Shown here: in pieces, positions 47,135 through 61,065 of the stretch
Numbering within the stretch: position 1 is the stretch's first letter
Layout of the letters: each line of letters begins with the position of its first letter
NCBI GenBank assembly: GCA_050613775.1
Contig: JBODTK010000120.1
Span: 1-64,000 of the forward strand
Direction: 5' to 3'
From: Neocallimastix sp. 'constans'
Taxonomy: Eukaryota
DNA: 64,000 nucleotides
Notes under the pieces: generated by a model
The model's input: the letters and a program-made list of their open reading frames with translations, nothing else
What the model was told of the DNA's origin: nothing
Database searches by the model: none
Position numbers and translations under genes: made by a program

Positions 47135-48018
47135 GACAGTTATTGATGAATATTATAATATGTTGAATGGCTATGGGAAGAATAAGTTAATGATCCTTTA
47201 CTTAATAATTTATTTAAATCAGATTTTGTAAATTTATTTTTCTTCCCTACATAGTAACGAATTAATATCTGATTAATATACATAAAGGTAAAGTTTACAG
47301 TAAAAGTTTACAATCTGGTTGCTTAATCTCACTATAGAGAGAAAACCTGTTTTCTTAGTGTTATATTCACTCATAAGTGTTTCTACAAAAAATAAGGCAA
47401 ATGGTAAGAAAATTATTGTGACAAAAATTAATATGTAAATGAGTTAATTCAGATATTTGTTTTTAATTTTTCAATAAAAAAAAAAGTCTTTTACCAATAA
47501 TATTTTAATAGCTTTTAAGTTTATTAAACAAACATCTTTTGAGAGAAAAAGTTAACATATTTAATCAATATATAAACTTAATGTTTTCATTATACTATTG
47601 GTTATCTACCACCTTACTCTAAACTTAGCTAAATCTATAAATGGTTGATTCTATCTTTAGGCTTAAAAATTCTTAATTGTAAGTAATTTATTACAAATTT
47701 AATTTTTTTTTTTTTTTTTTAGTATTTAAGATAATATTAATAAATGAAGGAGAAGAAAATAAACTATTAAAATAAGTTATTTATGCATCATAATAAATTT
47801 AACTTTTTAAAACTTCAACTCTATATATATAGCGACTTTTTCAGGCAATAAACTTAACTACTCTACCAAAATAATTAAGTGAACTCGAAATTTTTAATGT
47901 ATTGTAAGAATTAATTTTTCTATAATAATTATTTATTGATTTATTTTTTAATGTCATTATTGAAAAAATAAAGTAAAAACTATTAAAAAAAAAAAAAAAA
48001 AAAAAAAAGAAAAAAAAA

Positions 48019-50100
48019 GTCCTAAATTGGATTGATGAGATTGCCTCGCTAAGTTCTTCATCACTAATATCTTGGTTAAATTTCCATACTTGTTTCGGTG
48101 GATTTCTTAAATTCCTTAAAGTGCATCAGAATCTTTCCAGAAATCTTTAGAATGATTCTGACTTGAAGAAATCCAACCTAAGGAATTTATAATGAGAATG
48201 CTAAACTTTTCATTTTTCATCTGTACAAGAAACAAGTTCATTGTTATTGTTTTTAATAGGACGAGAAACCATAAAAGATTGATTATTTTATTTTTGCATT
48301 CTTTTTTTTTTTTTTACCCATTTCCATGCTTTCCTACTATCATCTTTAAGAGCTAACGAACATCTAATTTTAATCCAGTATAAATTATTTTTTTTCCTAA
48401 ATTCGTTACATTTTTTTACGAATTGATTCATATAATCTATTATACGAGTCAACTATTTTAGCAAATTCATTGGAATCATTTACAGAAACAAAACGCTTAA
48501 TTTGTTTGTATTTAATATGCTTTACCTTTTGAAGACAATAAATTTTTCGTGACATTCTAAACATCGCTTTTCTGATTTCTGTTGAAAAAAAGATGTAATC
48601 GATAAATCCTTAGCAATGGAATTATTAGTGTTAATAAACTTTTCAATTACACAATCTTTTGAAAGTTCTTCATTTCCTAATTCTTTACTAAGAACCTCAA
48701 ATTTATTGTAATGACAAATTTCATTCTTAAGTTCAAGATATTTATACCTATCTCATCTAAAAAAAAATTTTTTTTTTGGTAACAAAAATGATTCATTTGT
48801 AGTAGTTTTCTTGCAACAAACTACGAGAGGTTTATGATCAGATACAGAAGGATAGTCAACAAAATAAACACTTGATATTTTATCCAGCATACTTAAGTTG
48901 ACTAACGCATGATCAATATCTGATGACTATCTACCTCTAGTTCATGAAATAGGTGAACCATTAATTGGGAAGAATATACCAGTTATCAAGGTTACTATTG
49001 GATAATTTATCTTGTAAATCCGAGGTGCTCATGTTAAAGTCTCCAAGAAAGAATAGATGGATGATAAGTGTGATTCTGAAGTCATATAAAAACTTCAGAG
49101 AATGCCTATCGGACTTATAAAATAAGTGCTTCTTAGTGGGGAATATAGACATTACCTACCGAACGTTTAGAGTAATTCCAGAGATTATATGTTATCTGGA
49201 GTAGTAGGATCCATTATTTTCAGGGAATATTTATAGTTGGGGAGTGTTACTTTACATGGATTTCTAGCCTCATTAGTACCATTACCTGCTTCCTGAAAAC
49301 ATAGGAATAATGGTTTAAAAATTGTGATGAAGTACTCAATACTATCTCTTTTCACAAAATTTCATCTGTTGGGATTCCAACTAAGACAAAAAAGAAAACT
49401 TTCCAGTGTTAGAATATGAAATTGGATTTTGAGAAATAAGATTTAGGAATATTGGGAGCATTGAGTTCATGATTGCCATTTATAACATTTACTAAATTAG
49501 TTGAGTTGAGATTTACTGAGTTTGTATTATTGGATGTGTTATTAGATATTAAATTTTGTTTTAAATTATTGAAATAGAAACCTTATGATTCCATTTGGAA
49601 CATCTACGATATGAAATTTTAACTCCTGATAATGCTTTTTTTCAAATACTTTTTCAAATTTTCCGTGGTTGAAATTTGGAGTGTATACTTTTATCCTGAA
49701 GAAATTATAATTGAATTTAGTAATTTTTTTCACTGACAGGATATTATTGAATTTTTTTTTTGCATCTAGAATGAATATATTTATTCATTTTAGCATTGAT
49801 CCATGAGTGTATACCACAGATAAAAATCAAACTTATGTTGTCAATAGATGTTCCGTAACCGCGAGAACCCCCGGTGAAATATCTTTTCCAAATAGAACTA
49901 TTAATTACAAAGGATAAAAATGAAACTAATATAGTCTTCCAGTATTCCAATTCACAATCTTTGTACTAGAAGCTACTTTAGAAATGATAACCATTGATTA
50001 TCATCAGAATCACAAAAAAACTGTAATTAGTACACCTGATGTAGGTTAATCCTTTTTCCGTCAACGCTCCATGGACCAGGAAAATAATGCCATCAATCGG
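48019..50100 (-). mobile_element. Degenerate LINE fragment C: N-terminal region, APE endonuclease and linker, broken off just before RT
   Basis: Interrupted translation shows FCLSWN, FLCFQE, LGDFNM, IDHALV, SDHKPL and WKFNQDISDEEL, collinear with the intact element; many stops and frameshifts. Confidence 0.8.
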
Positions 50101-52490
50101 AAACAGCGTAAACGTATAATCCACGAAAACCCTAAGTTGAATTGAGGATATTCTAAGCTAAGCATTATTAAAACTTTATTATTTGAGAACTTGTTACCAT
50201 CGTAATTTTGACCTTTATTACCTTTTTTTTTTTTTTTTTTTAATGGCAGCAAACTTGTTTCATCTTTATTAATTAAATATATGATAAAATACATGTAATA
50301 AAAGAAAAAAAAGATAAAAAAATAAACAAAAAATAAAACACAAAATAAAATAAAATAATGGTATAATATATTCTATTTTCATTTAATTAATATCTGTAAG
50401 ACTTCACAAGGGCATTATTATACTGAAGTATAATAATTAATTTTTACTTCACAATGTTAATCATAATTTTAAGATACAAAATTATGATCTTCATTAGTTG
50501 CGCTAGCCCTGCTGGCCTGTCTTACTGTTTCTTCAGCATTGACGCTCTTGGTAGTAGTAGTACGATTCGATTTGAACCTATTGAACAAAGACCATTGCTG
50601 GCCAATAGCAATAGGTATAATCGATTGAAGAAGTGCCGCAGTAACTACTAAGAACGGAGTATCAGAATAAGCACCTGATTTCATCTGGCACTTAAATAGA
50701 TCCTTCCATTCCCTTGTACTGTTATTATGTTATTAATACTTCGACCTCCAAGAAGGAAATTAAACACTTTTTCACACACACTAGAATCAACATACACATT
50801 ATTTTCAATACTATTACTAACATTACTAATAATACTATTACTAATATTACTATAACTGTTATTACTATTACTATAATTACTAATACTATTATTACTGTTG
50901 CTATTATCATTATTACTATTAACTATATCATTTGCTAGGTTGCCACGGTAAAAAGAATTATATAAAAATAAATTTTTATCATTAACTTTACTATGAATAT
51001 GATTGAAAAAAGGACAATCAATTAACCAATGACTTATCCATTGTTTATTACTTTTACAACAGGGACAAAAATTAGGACACATTTGATCTATTATTTTTGC
51101 AGCTTTAGCAATTCTAGCATCTAATCTATATCCGCTTCGTGCTCTCAATAGCCAATAGAAACCATATGAAAGATCAGGATATTCATAACAAAGTTTTATA
51201 AATTTTGATGTTTCTTCGAATTTGTTTTTGTCATAAAACTCAGCTTTAACTGAATTGATTTTCATATCTCTTTTCCAATAAAAATCCTTGATTTTATTAT
51301 CGTTATTACCTCTTTTCTCTAGTTTACGTTTAAGAGTTCTACTTTCTTTTGTCCATGTATATTTTCTAGATTTTGGAATATTATTAACTAAATAGGAAAT
51401 AATACAATTTGAATCTTCCCATTTATCAAAACATTTGACTTGAGACAAAGCACACTTAGCTGACAATGGAAGGAATATTTAAATCTTTTGAAATAGAATA
51501 TACATTAATAAAAGATTTGGCTTTTTGTAAACCTGCAACCCATCGTAATCCTTTATTAATTAATTTTTCTGAGTATTATTTGTTCTCGCTTTATTTGAAC
51601 CAAATAAAGGTGCAAAGTAAGAGACTTTACTAAGTACATAGGAGTTTATTATAATCTTCTTAAATGGAATAGGAATTTTGGAATTTGAAAGAAATTTACT
51701 AACAGAAAAGAGAGCTTTAGTAACTTTAGAGTTAAGTAATTTAATAATAGGGTTCAACGATAAGCTTTTATCAAATGGTATACCTAAATAGGTATAACAT
51801 CTAGTTATTGGGATTGGTTGATCAGCAAGATAAAAAGTAGGATCTCTTTTATTTTAAAAAAGAGGTGTGTCTGATCGAATCACCATCGTTGCACACTTGT
51901 TAATTCCAAAATTCATCATATTAAATTTAGCCCATTCATTTATCTTCTTAAGCATTTTTTTTTAACTTAGTTCTTGACGGTGCGCATAGAACAATATCAC
52001 CTGCAAAGAGTCCACCACAACATCTAGATTCGCCTAAAGGAATTCCAAGTTCTGAAAATTCATTAAAAACATTAATAAATAGATTGAAAAGAATTGGTGA
52101 TAGTGGACAACCTTGTCTAACTCCTTTCATAATATTAAAAGATTCCGAATATTGATCATCAATTTTAACACTGGCTTTGGAAGTCAAATATAGATTTTTT
52201 ATAAATTGATAACATTTACCTCTAATACCTAAAGCATCTAATTTATATAAAATATTACCTATTGGAACAGATTCATATGCCTTTTTTAAATCTTGAAAAG
52301 CAAGGTAAGTTTTTTTATTATCACTTTTACACCTTTATTACCTTGAAATTTAGAAACTGATTTCCAGTAATGTTCTTATGTTCTTTAATAATATAAGTTT
52401 TAAAAAAAAAATATTATTATTATTACCAATATTGAATATTATTAAACAGGCATGGTGGATGAAATCAAAAGATTTCCATCTATTTAATGA
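50100..52490 (-). mobile_element. Short older LINE C-terminal fragment D, split by element B (pieces ~52490-52331 and 50224-50100)
   Basis: Removing element B plus one TSD copy restores HYWKSVSKFQGNKGQNYDGNKFSNNKVLIMLSLEYPQFNLGFSWIIRLRC, homologous to FYWENI...LSLKYSQFSLGFFWIGRIKC of the intact LINE. Confidence 0.7.
50225..52330 (-). mobile_element. 5'-truncated degenerate LINE B (RT 3' half + CCHC), poly-A tailed, with 14-bp TSD
   Basis: KKAYDSVP, GVRQGCPLSPILFN, FAGD (mutated FADD), YLGIP and CPCC...HWLIDC. AATAAA precedes the poly-A (T run ~50225-50241). TSD ACCTTTATTACCTT at 50211-50224 and 52331-52344. Confidence 0.9.
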
Positions 52491-52516
52491 AAAGAAATTA
52501 ATAAAAAAAAATAAAA

Positions 52517-52521
<5 letters not shown>

Positions 52522-52558
<37 letters not shown>

Positions 52559-55500
52559 CTAGGAATAAACTTTATTTAATAATATTTTTTTTAAAAAATA
52601 CATGAAATTTAAATACATGAAATTATTTTTTATATTAATATTAAAAAACTACGTTATGAGATTCGAGGACGAAAAGGCCTCTAACTCTTCCCATTCATCG
52701 AAGATAACTCCATGTGGATGAAAATTATCATTCGAATCTGTATCAGAATTTCTTCTTTGCCTTATCGTTACGACGTCGACGCTCTTGACAACGGTAGGTC
52801 TAACACTATACAAATCGATCATGGTGTAAAAATCACCAATCACAATAGGCATAACGTTAGTAAGGAATTCCGCAAGCCCCACAAAATATGAAATCGGGAA
52901 AGAAGACTCGTTCGAAGGTGATTGAAAAATATTATTAATATATCGCCTTCTTTCCCCCGAGCCGATCTTTAAGATTTCAAATACTGCATTTCCGCCAAGA
53001 AGGAGACACAGCACGTAAAAATTGATATTATCATCAAAATCTTCCTCTTTATCATCAGGAATGTTCAATGATTTCTCATGAACAATTAGAGAAAAATTAA
53101 TAAAAATTTCATCAACAAAGGGAATGAAATGTTGCCTAAATTCTTCAAATTTAGGACATAAAAGTATCCAGTGTGTAAAACTAGGTATGCTGTTACTCTC
53201 ACCACAACAAGGGCAGTATGTTGAGCAATTTTCTGATACTAGATTACTTTTAACATACGTTTTTACATCAAATTTGAATCCACATTTAATTCGTCCAATC
53301 CAAAAAAATCCAAGAGAAAATTGTGAATATTTAAGTGATAGACGTTGAATAAATTTTTTAAAACCAAATTTAAATTTCTTGTATTTTGTAGATCTGATCG
53401 CAGGAGTGCTTGAATAATGAATATTTTCCCAGTAAAACTTCCTTATTTCTCCAGGAAGTTTATTATTGTGCTTGTGTACTGCTAAACTCCGTGCTTTTTT
53501 CGTCCATGAATAGTGAGAAAGTGTAGGTATATTTTTGACTAAATGAGAAATAATACAAGAAGAATCTTTCCACTTTTTAAAGCATCGAATCATCGCCTTA
53601 GCACAAAAACTAGCTATAGGAGGTATAGAAAGTTCCTTAGACATATTGTAAATTGAAGTATTGGAGGTTTTATTTTTAAACCCGAAACTCCAATACAAAC
53701 CTCGATTAAAAGCAGTTTGAGCTTTTTCAGTATTCTTTTTATTTGAACCAAGTAAGGGAGCATAATAAAGAACTGAACTAAGGACAAAAGAAACTAGTAT
53801 ACGAGTTTTAAAGTAGAAAGGAACATTCCTATTGGTTAAAAATCTAAAGAAAGAGTTAACTGTATAATTAATTTTACTGTTCATCTTAGTGGTTAAAAAT
53901 CTAAAGAAAGAGTTAACTGTATAATTAATTTTACTGTTCATCTTAGCAATAATAGGTTTTAAATCCAACGATTCATTAAAAGGTATACCAAGATATGAAT
54001 ATTGATTAGTGCTTGGTATATAGTTCATACCAAGTTTAAATGTAGGATTTTCATAATGTCTTGAAGGTATAAAATTCTTTGGTTTAACAACTAGTGTAGC
54101 GCATTTATTGATTCCAAAGGTCATTTCATTTTTAATACCCCAATCATGAGCAATATTCAAAAGGTTTTTAAGTGAAGATTTTGTAGGAGCTAATAATACA
54201 ATATCATCAGCAAATAATCCACCACAACACTTTTTCTTTTCAGTAATCACACCATAACTTTTACATTTATCAAAAATATCATTGATAAATATATTGAATA
54301 AAATAGGAGAGAGAGGACACCCTTGGCGAACACCACGGTGTATTGGAAATTCTTTTGAAAGTTTACCATTAAAGTTTGCACGAGCTTTCGAGGTAAGGTA
54401 TAGATTAGTAATGAATTGAAGGCATTTACCACGAATACCAAGATTATTTAGTTTAGTAAGTATATTGTAAATTGGAACTGAATCATAAGCTTTTTTAAGG
54501 TCAAGAAAGGCAAGAAAGGTAAATTTATCCTTAAATTTTCTTCTTTGACAAATTTCACGAATGGATACAAATAAACTAATACATTCTTCTTTATTTCTAA
54601 AACCAAACTGTTCTGGTCTAATTATTCCATTAGAAAAAGCATAGTCCGATATTCTTTTAGTGACAATTTTTGATAGAATTTTTAAACCTACATTGATGAG
54701 TGAAATACCACGATAATTATTACAATCTGAAAGATCCCCTTTTTTAGGAATAGAAACAATAGAAGCAGAGTTCCATTCATTAGGAAAGTCACCATCCCAA
54801 ATTTTATTAAAAAGTAATAACAGACACTTTGCACAATCGGAATAAGTAACCTCTTGATTAGAGTCATCCTGAGAAGAATTTCTATTCTCAGAATTAAAAA
54901 ATGCTTTAAAAAATTCTGTAGGTATACCATCAGGACCAGGTGCTTTGTTATTTTTCATTGAAAGAACAGTTGAATGAATTTCTGACATGGAAATAGGTTG
55001 ATTAATATCCCATGATTCCTGAGGAGTAGAAGAATTATTAAGTATTCTTTTCCAATAATTTTCATTAAGACTGTGACCAGTTATATCAGAAGCAAGTTCT
55101 TCATAGTGTTCTGCAAAACGATTGAGTTGATCTTCTTGGGATACTAGAACATTACCTTCTTTATCTTTAATGTATACAGGTGATTGGGAAGGAGAGTAAG
55201 AAGGTTTAGAAATTTTCTTAAGTCCAGACCAACCACGCTGGGCATCATTTTTTAAGAAACATTCGCCGATGGAATGAATCAAATTTTTAAATCTAATATT
55301 CCTAATATTTCTTTTAATACTAATGATATAATCAGAAAGAACTCTATATTCTTTTGAGAGATCACAAAATTCTTGAAGATTTGACAAATCATTACTAAGT
55401 TTAAAATTTTTAATCCTTTTATACAATAGATGTTTTTCATGTGATAATTTCTTAATATAAGCAGGACAATGGAACGCTGAACCCTGTAAATTTGTAGGAA

Positions 55501-56597
55501 CTCTTGCATGAATGTTATCGCCTATTTTATTTGCTGTGTCAAGAAGTTTTTTAACCATTGTATTAGAGTCTAGATTATCATTATGTTCAAATTCATCCAG
55601 TAAACATGTGAATTTATTATGAGAGAAGATTGCTTCACGTTTATCCCTACAAATTCGATTAGACCACTTAATTTGTTTATCCCGAGGGGGAGTAACAAAA
55701 CCATCAGGAGATATTTTTTTACAAGAAAGAATAAGTGGTAAATGGTCAGAGATGTCATTAAAAGAGTAGCATACAGAAGCAATATTCAAATAATTTCTTA
55801 ATTTATCGTTCACTACTATAAAATCAATACAAGAATTCTTTCCACCATTAGACCAAGTAAATTGATGACCTACCATATCCATAACAAACCATTGAGGGGA
55901 AATTCTAAGAATAAGATCTTTGAGTTGTTGCTTAGTCATGTTGAAATCACCAACAATAGCCGAAGGGTTATTCTGATGGTTCTTGAGCCAATTAGCAAAA
56001 TCAGTTTCTGCTTTTTCTCTAGAGTCTTTGTGTTTTTTGCTAGGGATGTAAATGTTCCCTAAAGAACATCTGACACCCCAAAAAGAGAATATATTTACTG
56101 AGAGTATATATCTATATTCAAAATCATCATTAGTGAATTGGCAGGAGGAGTGCACACCTATATAAAGGCCCCTCATACCAGGGATTTTTTTGTCCGCACG
56201 TCTCAGTACTGTTCTATAATGATTAAGGAATGGATATGAGTTAGAAAATGAGTTAAGGAATGAACTATTACCGACTTCTTGAAGACAAATACAAATAGGA
56301 TTAAATATTGAATTAAAATTGGTAAGTCCGTCATGTTTTTCAGAATTCCAACCATTTATGTTCCAGCTAATACAGAGGTTGAAATATTTAGTATTCGAGA
56401 AAGGGTTAGCATACAGGAGGCTTTTAGAGATGGGGAATGAGGGCTCAGAATAATACCTGGTTCTATTATGATTAACATTGCTAAATGTGCGTATCCTTGA
56501 AGTAATCTTCCAATTTATTCTTTTAACAGGTAAGTGCTTAGTAATCAAATAAATAACCTTCAAATAATCCGTATAATTATTATAGTTAACTCTTAGG
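52522..56597 (-). mobile_element. APE-type non-LTR retrotransposon (LINE A), 5'-truncated but with an uninterrupted ORF
   Basis: Poly-A tail (T run 52522-52555) ~14 nt after AATAAA. Possible low-complexity TSD AATAAAATAAAA at 52510-52521 and 56598-56609. Confidence 0.9.
52649..56597 (-). CDS. LINE polyprotein: APE endonuclease + reverse transcriptase + CCHC zinc knuckle (no native start codon in view)
   Basis: EN motifs SWNING, CLQE, GDFN, IDF, SDHLP. RT motifs KAPGPDG, YRGISL, QFGFR, FLDLKKAYDSV, GVRQGCPLSP, FADD, YLG. C-terminal CPCC...HWILLC. The first ~58 aa of the track ORF are low-complexity flank. Confidence 0.93.
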
Positions 56598-57310
56598 AAT
56601 AAAATAAAATAAAATAAAATAAAATAAAACAAAACAAAAAAAAAAATAAAATAAAGTAAAATAAAATAAAATAAAAAAAAATAAAAAAAAATAAAAATAA
56701 AAAAAATAAAAATGTATATAAAAAAAACTATCAAATATATATATATATATTTAATAATAAAACGACACAAAATAATACTTTTTTTTTTTTTAATAGTTTA
56801 GTTGATTAAAAATATATGTATTTTTATTATTTATTATTATTATAATTATAATTTAATTATAATTATTATTATTTTTTTAATGGGTTATTATTACTTTTTT
56901 TTTTTTTTTTTTTTTTTTTTAATTATAATAATTATATTTTTTTAGGATAGCTATTATATTTTTTTAATTTTATTTTTTTATTATTTGCATTTACATAAAG
57001 GAATTTATTAAAAAATAAAATTTTTAATTATTTTTTTAATGATAGGTTAATTTTTTTTTTTTTTATATCTTTATCATAGATTTAATTTATATTTTACATA
57101 GATTTATCTTTTTTTTTTTTTTTTTTTTTTTTTTTTCAAGGTCTTAATAATACTTTTAATATTTATTCCCTTAAAAAAAAAATAATAAAAATAAATATTT
57201 TTTGTTTTTGATCTTAATAATTGTTTTAAGAATTCATAATTTTTTTTTTTTATTAAGTATTCATTGATTGATTCACATTAATTATAAAAAAAAAAAAAAA
57301 AAAAAAAAGC

Positions 57311-59689
57311 TTATTGAAGTCTAATAATACCAGCATCAACTAAAGTTCTTATCTTAGCTGCAACAATTGGGTTCTTTAAGTGATCTCTAGCAGCATTTGG
57401 ATCATTTTGCATTTGTTCAAGAATACTACGCATAACTGGATCAGAAAGAATTTGAGCAACTTCTGGGTTATTTCTAGCATTATTCATAATTTCTTCATCA
57501 GAAGCATTATTTTGAGCATTGCTAATACCAGCATAACATTTCATTAATTGTTGTTGAACTTCAACTTCAAGTTTCTTATCAGTATCCTTTTCACGAACAA
57601 AGTTAAGCATATCAATAGCCTTAGAAGTTTCACGTTTAGCAAGGAAAACTTGAGCCTTACGAATGTAAGCCTTAAGGAAGTTTGGATCACGCTTAATACA
57701 TTCATCAGCATCCTTTTCAGCTTCACTGATAGCCATTAACTTAATGTAACAAGTAGCACGGTTATTCCAGTTTCTTGGATCATCTTCATTACGCTTAATA
57801 GCTTCAGTATAGAATTTAACAGCTTCAGAGAATTTACCTTCCTTGAATAAAACATTACCTTGGTTACGAGCTTCATCAGCCTTTGCAACATCATGGTAAG
57901 CTAACTTAGCAGCTTCAGCTTTTTCCTTTTCAGTCTTTCTTAAAGACTCAAGAACTTGTGGAGTACGGTGTTCAGCAAGAGATCTATTGTAGTTCTTAAT
58001 AGCATTGTCAAGATCTCCCTTCTTATGGTAAGCATTACCAATACGATGGAAAGCTCTAGCAATAAGTTTAAAGTCAGCACGAACTTCACGACCATGATCA
58101 ACAGCCTTTTCACAAACTTCAATAGCTTCATCATATTTACCCATTTCGTATAATACAGCTGCCTTGTTAGTTAAAACGGCAATATTAGTATCATCTAATT
58201 CATAAGCCTTAGCATAATGAGTTAAAGCAGTTTCGAAATCCTTCTTCTTATAGGCAGCATTACCAAGAGTCTTTTCAGCATCACTAGCATCTCTCTTATT
58301 CTTTTTCTCCTTTTCTTCTTCAGTTAATTCTGGTTCTGGTTCTGGTTCTGGTTCCTTCTTTGGTTCTGGTTCTCTCTTAGCTTCAGTATATTCTGGTGGT
58401 GGAGTATTAGTGAATTGAGCATCAGTACCAGCTGGCATAAGAGCAGATAAAATGAATTCCATAATTCTTTGATCTTTCATATATCTTTAATATTTCAAAT
58501 AAAGTATAAAAATAAAACAAAAAAATAATAATAATAATAATAATAATTTTATATATGAAATAATATATTATATTATATTTTAAAAAAATATATATATATT
58601 ATAATTATATATTAGAATAGATTGTAAATTAATTATATTTTATTATATTATGTAAATTATATATATATTAAAGATAATAAAAAGAATATCATTAATAAAT
58701 TATAAATTATAATTAATTTTAACTAATATAATTATTATAAAATTTAAATTATAATAAAATAATTTACTATAATGAATGGAATATATATATATATTTTTCT
58801 AAATATAATAAGAAAATTTCTTTTATTAACATACAAATTAAGAGTATTTGGATTAGCTTGAATAGCCTTTAAAGCTTGAACGAAATCTGGTTCAGCAAGG
58901 TACTTGGCACATTTAGTTTTGGAGCACTTTTCAACAAGATCACCAGATAATAAATTTTGGAACATTTTTTCTTTATTTATTAATCATAAAATAATTTATT
59001 TTATTAATTTATTTATTAATATTTATTTCAAGTAAAGTTTATTTTAAATTTAAATTTATTTTTATTTGCTATTTTTTATTATATTATATATATATATATA
59101 CTTTTTATACATATACATATATATTTTTAATACATACCCATTCCATTTGCTTGCATAGCATTTTCAACATCTTGAAGACCTTTCTTTAATAAAGCATTAT
59201 TTGGATCAAGTTTTAAACCTTCATTGTAAGCATCGACAGCTTCATCGTATCTTTCTAAACCAAATAAAGCAGCACCTTTTCTAGAATAACCCTATTTTCA
59301 ATTTTGAATTATTATCATTATTTAAATTTAAATTTATTACAGTAATAATATAAATTACAAAAAAAAATAATAAAAACAATAAATTAATAAATAAATAAAT
59401 AAATAAATATACTATATTGAAATATAATATTACTTAAAAATATTATATTAAAAAAAAATAAAAGATATATATATATATAAAAATTACCTTTGGCCAGTCA
59501 CTCTTAAGCTTAATAGTTTGTTCAGCATCTTCTAAAGCTTTTTGATAGTTTCCTAAACTAGCATAGGAGGCAGATCTTTAAACATATATATATTATTATT
59601 ATATTATTATTTATATAACAATAAAAAAATATTAAATATTAATATAAAGTATTTATAATAAGAATAAGAAATAAAAATAAGTAGTTTCT

Positions 59690-59731
<42 letters not shown>

Positions 59732-60174
59732 TTAATAAAATACCTGTTAGAGAAGAATACATGATTGGAAGAATCAATTTTAATAGCTTGAGTGAAGTAA
59801 TCAATAGCTTCTTCATATTTCTTTTCAGAGAAAGCCTTATTACCTTTAGCCTTTAATTCGTCAGCCTATTTTTTTTTTTTTTTTTTTTTTTTTTGAATGA
59901 ATAATTAAAATAAAATGAAACCAAAAAAAAATAATTAATGTCTATACTTTATAATAAAAAAAAAAAGCTTTTTTTTTTTTTTTTTTAATTATTATTCTTT
60001 TTAAATATATAAACATTTCAAATTGGATTATCATCCATTTTAAAATACTATAAATTAAAATTATTTAAATATAATAAAAAAGTACATATAAATTATATTT
60101 ATATATACATGTATTATTATATGATATATTTAATTAATAATAAATAGTTTATTTGTTCATTTAATATTTACCAT
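57311..60174 (-). CDS. STI1: Hsp70/Hsp90 co-chaperone STI1/HOP (TPR1-DP1-TPR2A-TPR2B-DP2); multi-exon
   Basis: First coding exon is likely ATG alone (60174-60172, followed by GTAAAT). Then ADELKAKGNKAF...NHVFFSNR|SASYA...DWPK|GYSRKGAA, and a last exon with TPR2A/2B and DP2 ILSDPVMRSILEQMQNDP...KIRTLVDAGII. Codon use is visibly more C-ending, as in highly expressed genes. Confidence 0.96.
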
Positions 60175-61065
60175 TTTTATATTACTGTTTTTTTTATATA
60201 CGAATAGTTTAAAAAAAAAGGATGATTTAGTTTAAAAATATTTAAAAAAAATTTCAAAAAAATAAAAGATTAATACATTATTTTTATGTATATACGGTTT
60301 TTTTTTTTTTATCTTTATTGTTTATTTTTTACATTTTTTTTAATAATATTTATTATAATATAAATATTTATTTATTAAACCTTTTTTTAACTTACTTTTC
60401 TAATTAAATTAACCTTCTAAATTAAAAAAAATTAAATAAATAATTTAAATAGGTAGGTATATAAAATATTTAAAGCAAAAATTTTATAAAAGCTTATAAA
60501 ATAAATTAATAGGAATTATTTACAAATTAAATATTAAATTTGAATTTTAAAATATTAAAAAAAAAAATTTTTTTTATTTTTTAAAAGATTATTATATATA
60601 TATATATAAAAATATAACAAAAAAAATATAGAAATAATAATAGATAAATATAGAAATTATATAGAAATATTTAACATATAAACTATTATTATTATTAATT
60701 TTTATTATTAATTTTTATTATTATTATTATTTTTTTTTTATTTCTTTTTTTTTTTTTTTTAATAGTATTATAAAAATTATCCATTTATTTCTATCATATA
60801 TTAATAAATATATTTTAATATATTTTATTTTAATTAAATAATTTAATTTTTTTTTTACTTTTTTTTTTTATAGAAATTTTAAGATCAAAAAAAAAAAAAA
60901 AAAAAAATAAAATAAAATAAAATAAAATTATATTTAAATTAATTGAATGAATATATAACTATATAAATAATATAATATAATATAATAAATAATATTAATT
61001 TTCTTTTTAAAGATTTAAACTAACAGAAAATATTATATATGATATTAATATTATTTCTATTTATT

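Noticed and set aside
52560..56603. TAGGAATAAA direct repeat near both ends of LINE A as its TSD
   Set aside because: The left copy lies inside the element, between AATAAA and the poly-A tail, so it cannot be the target duplication; chance or microhomology.
56598..56770. Hydrophobic N-terminus of the 1373-aa track ORF as a TM or signal segment
   Set aside because: It is the A/T low-complexity flank read in frame from a GTG, not part of the element.
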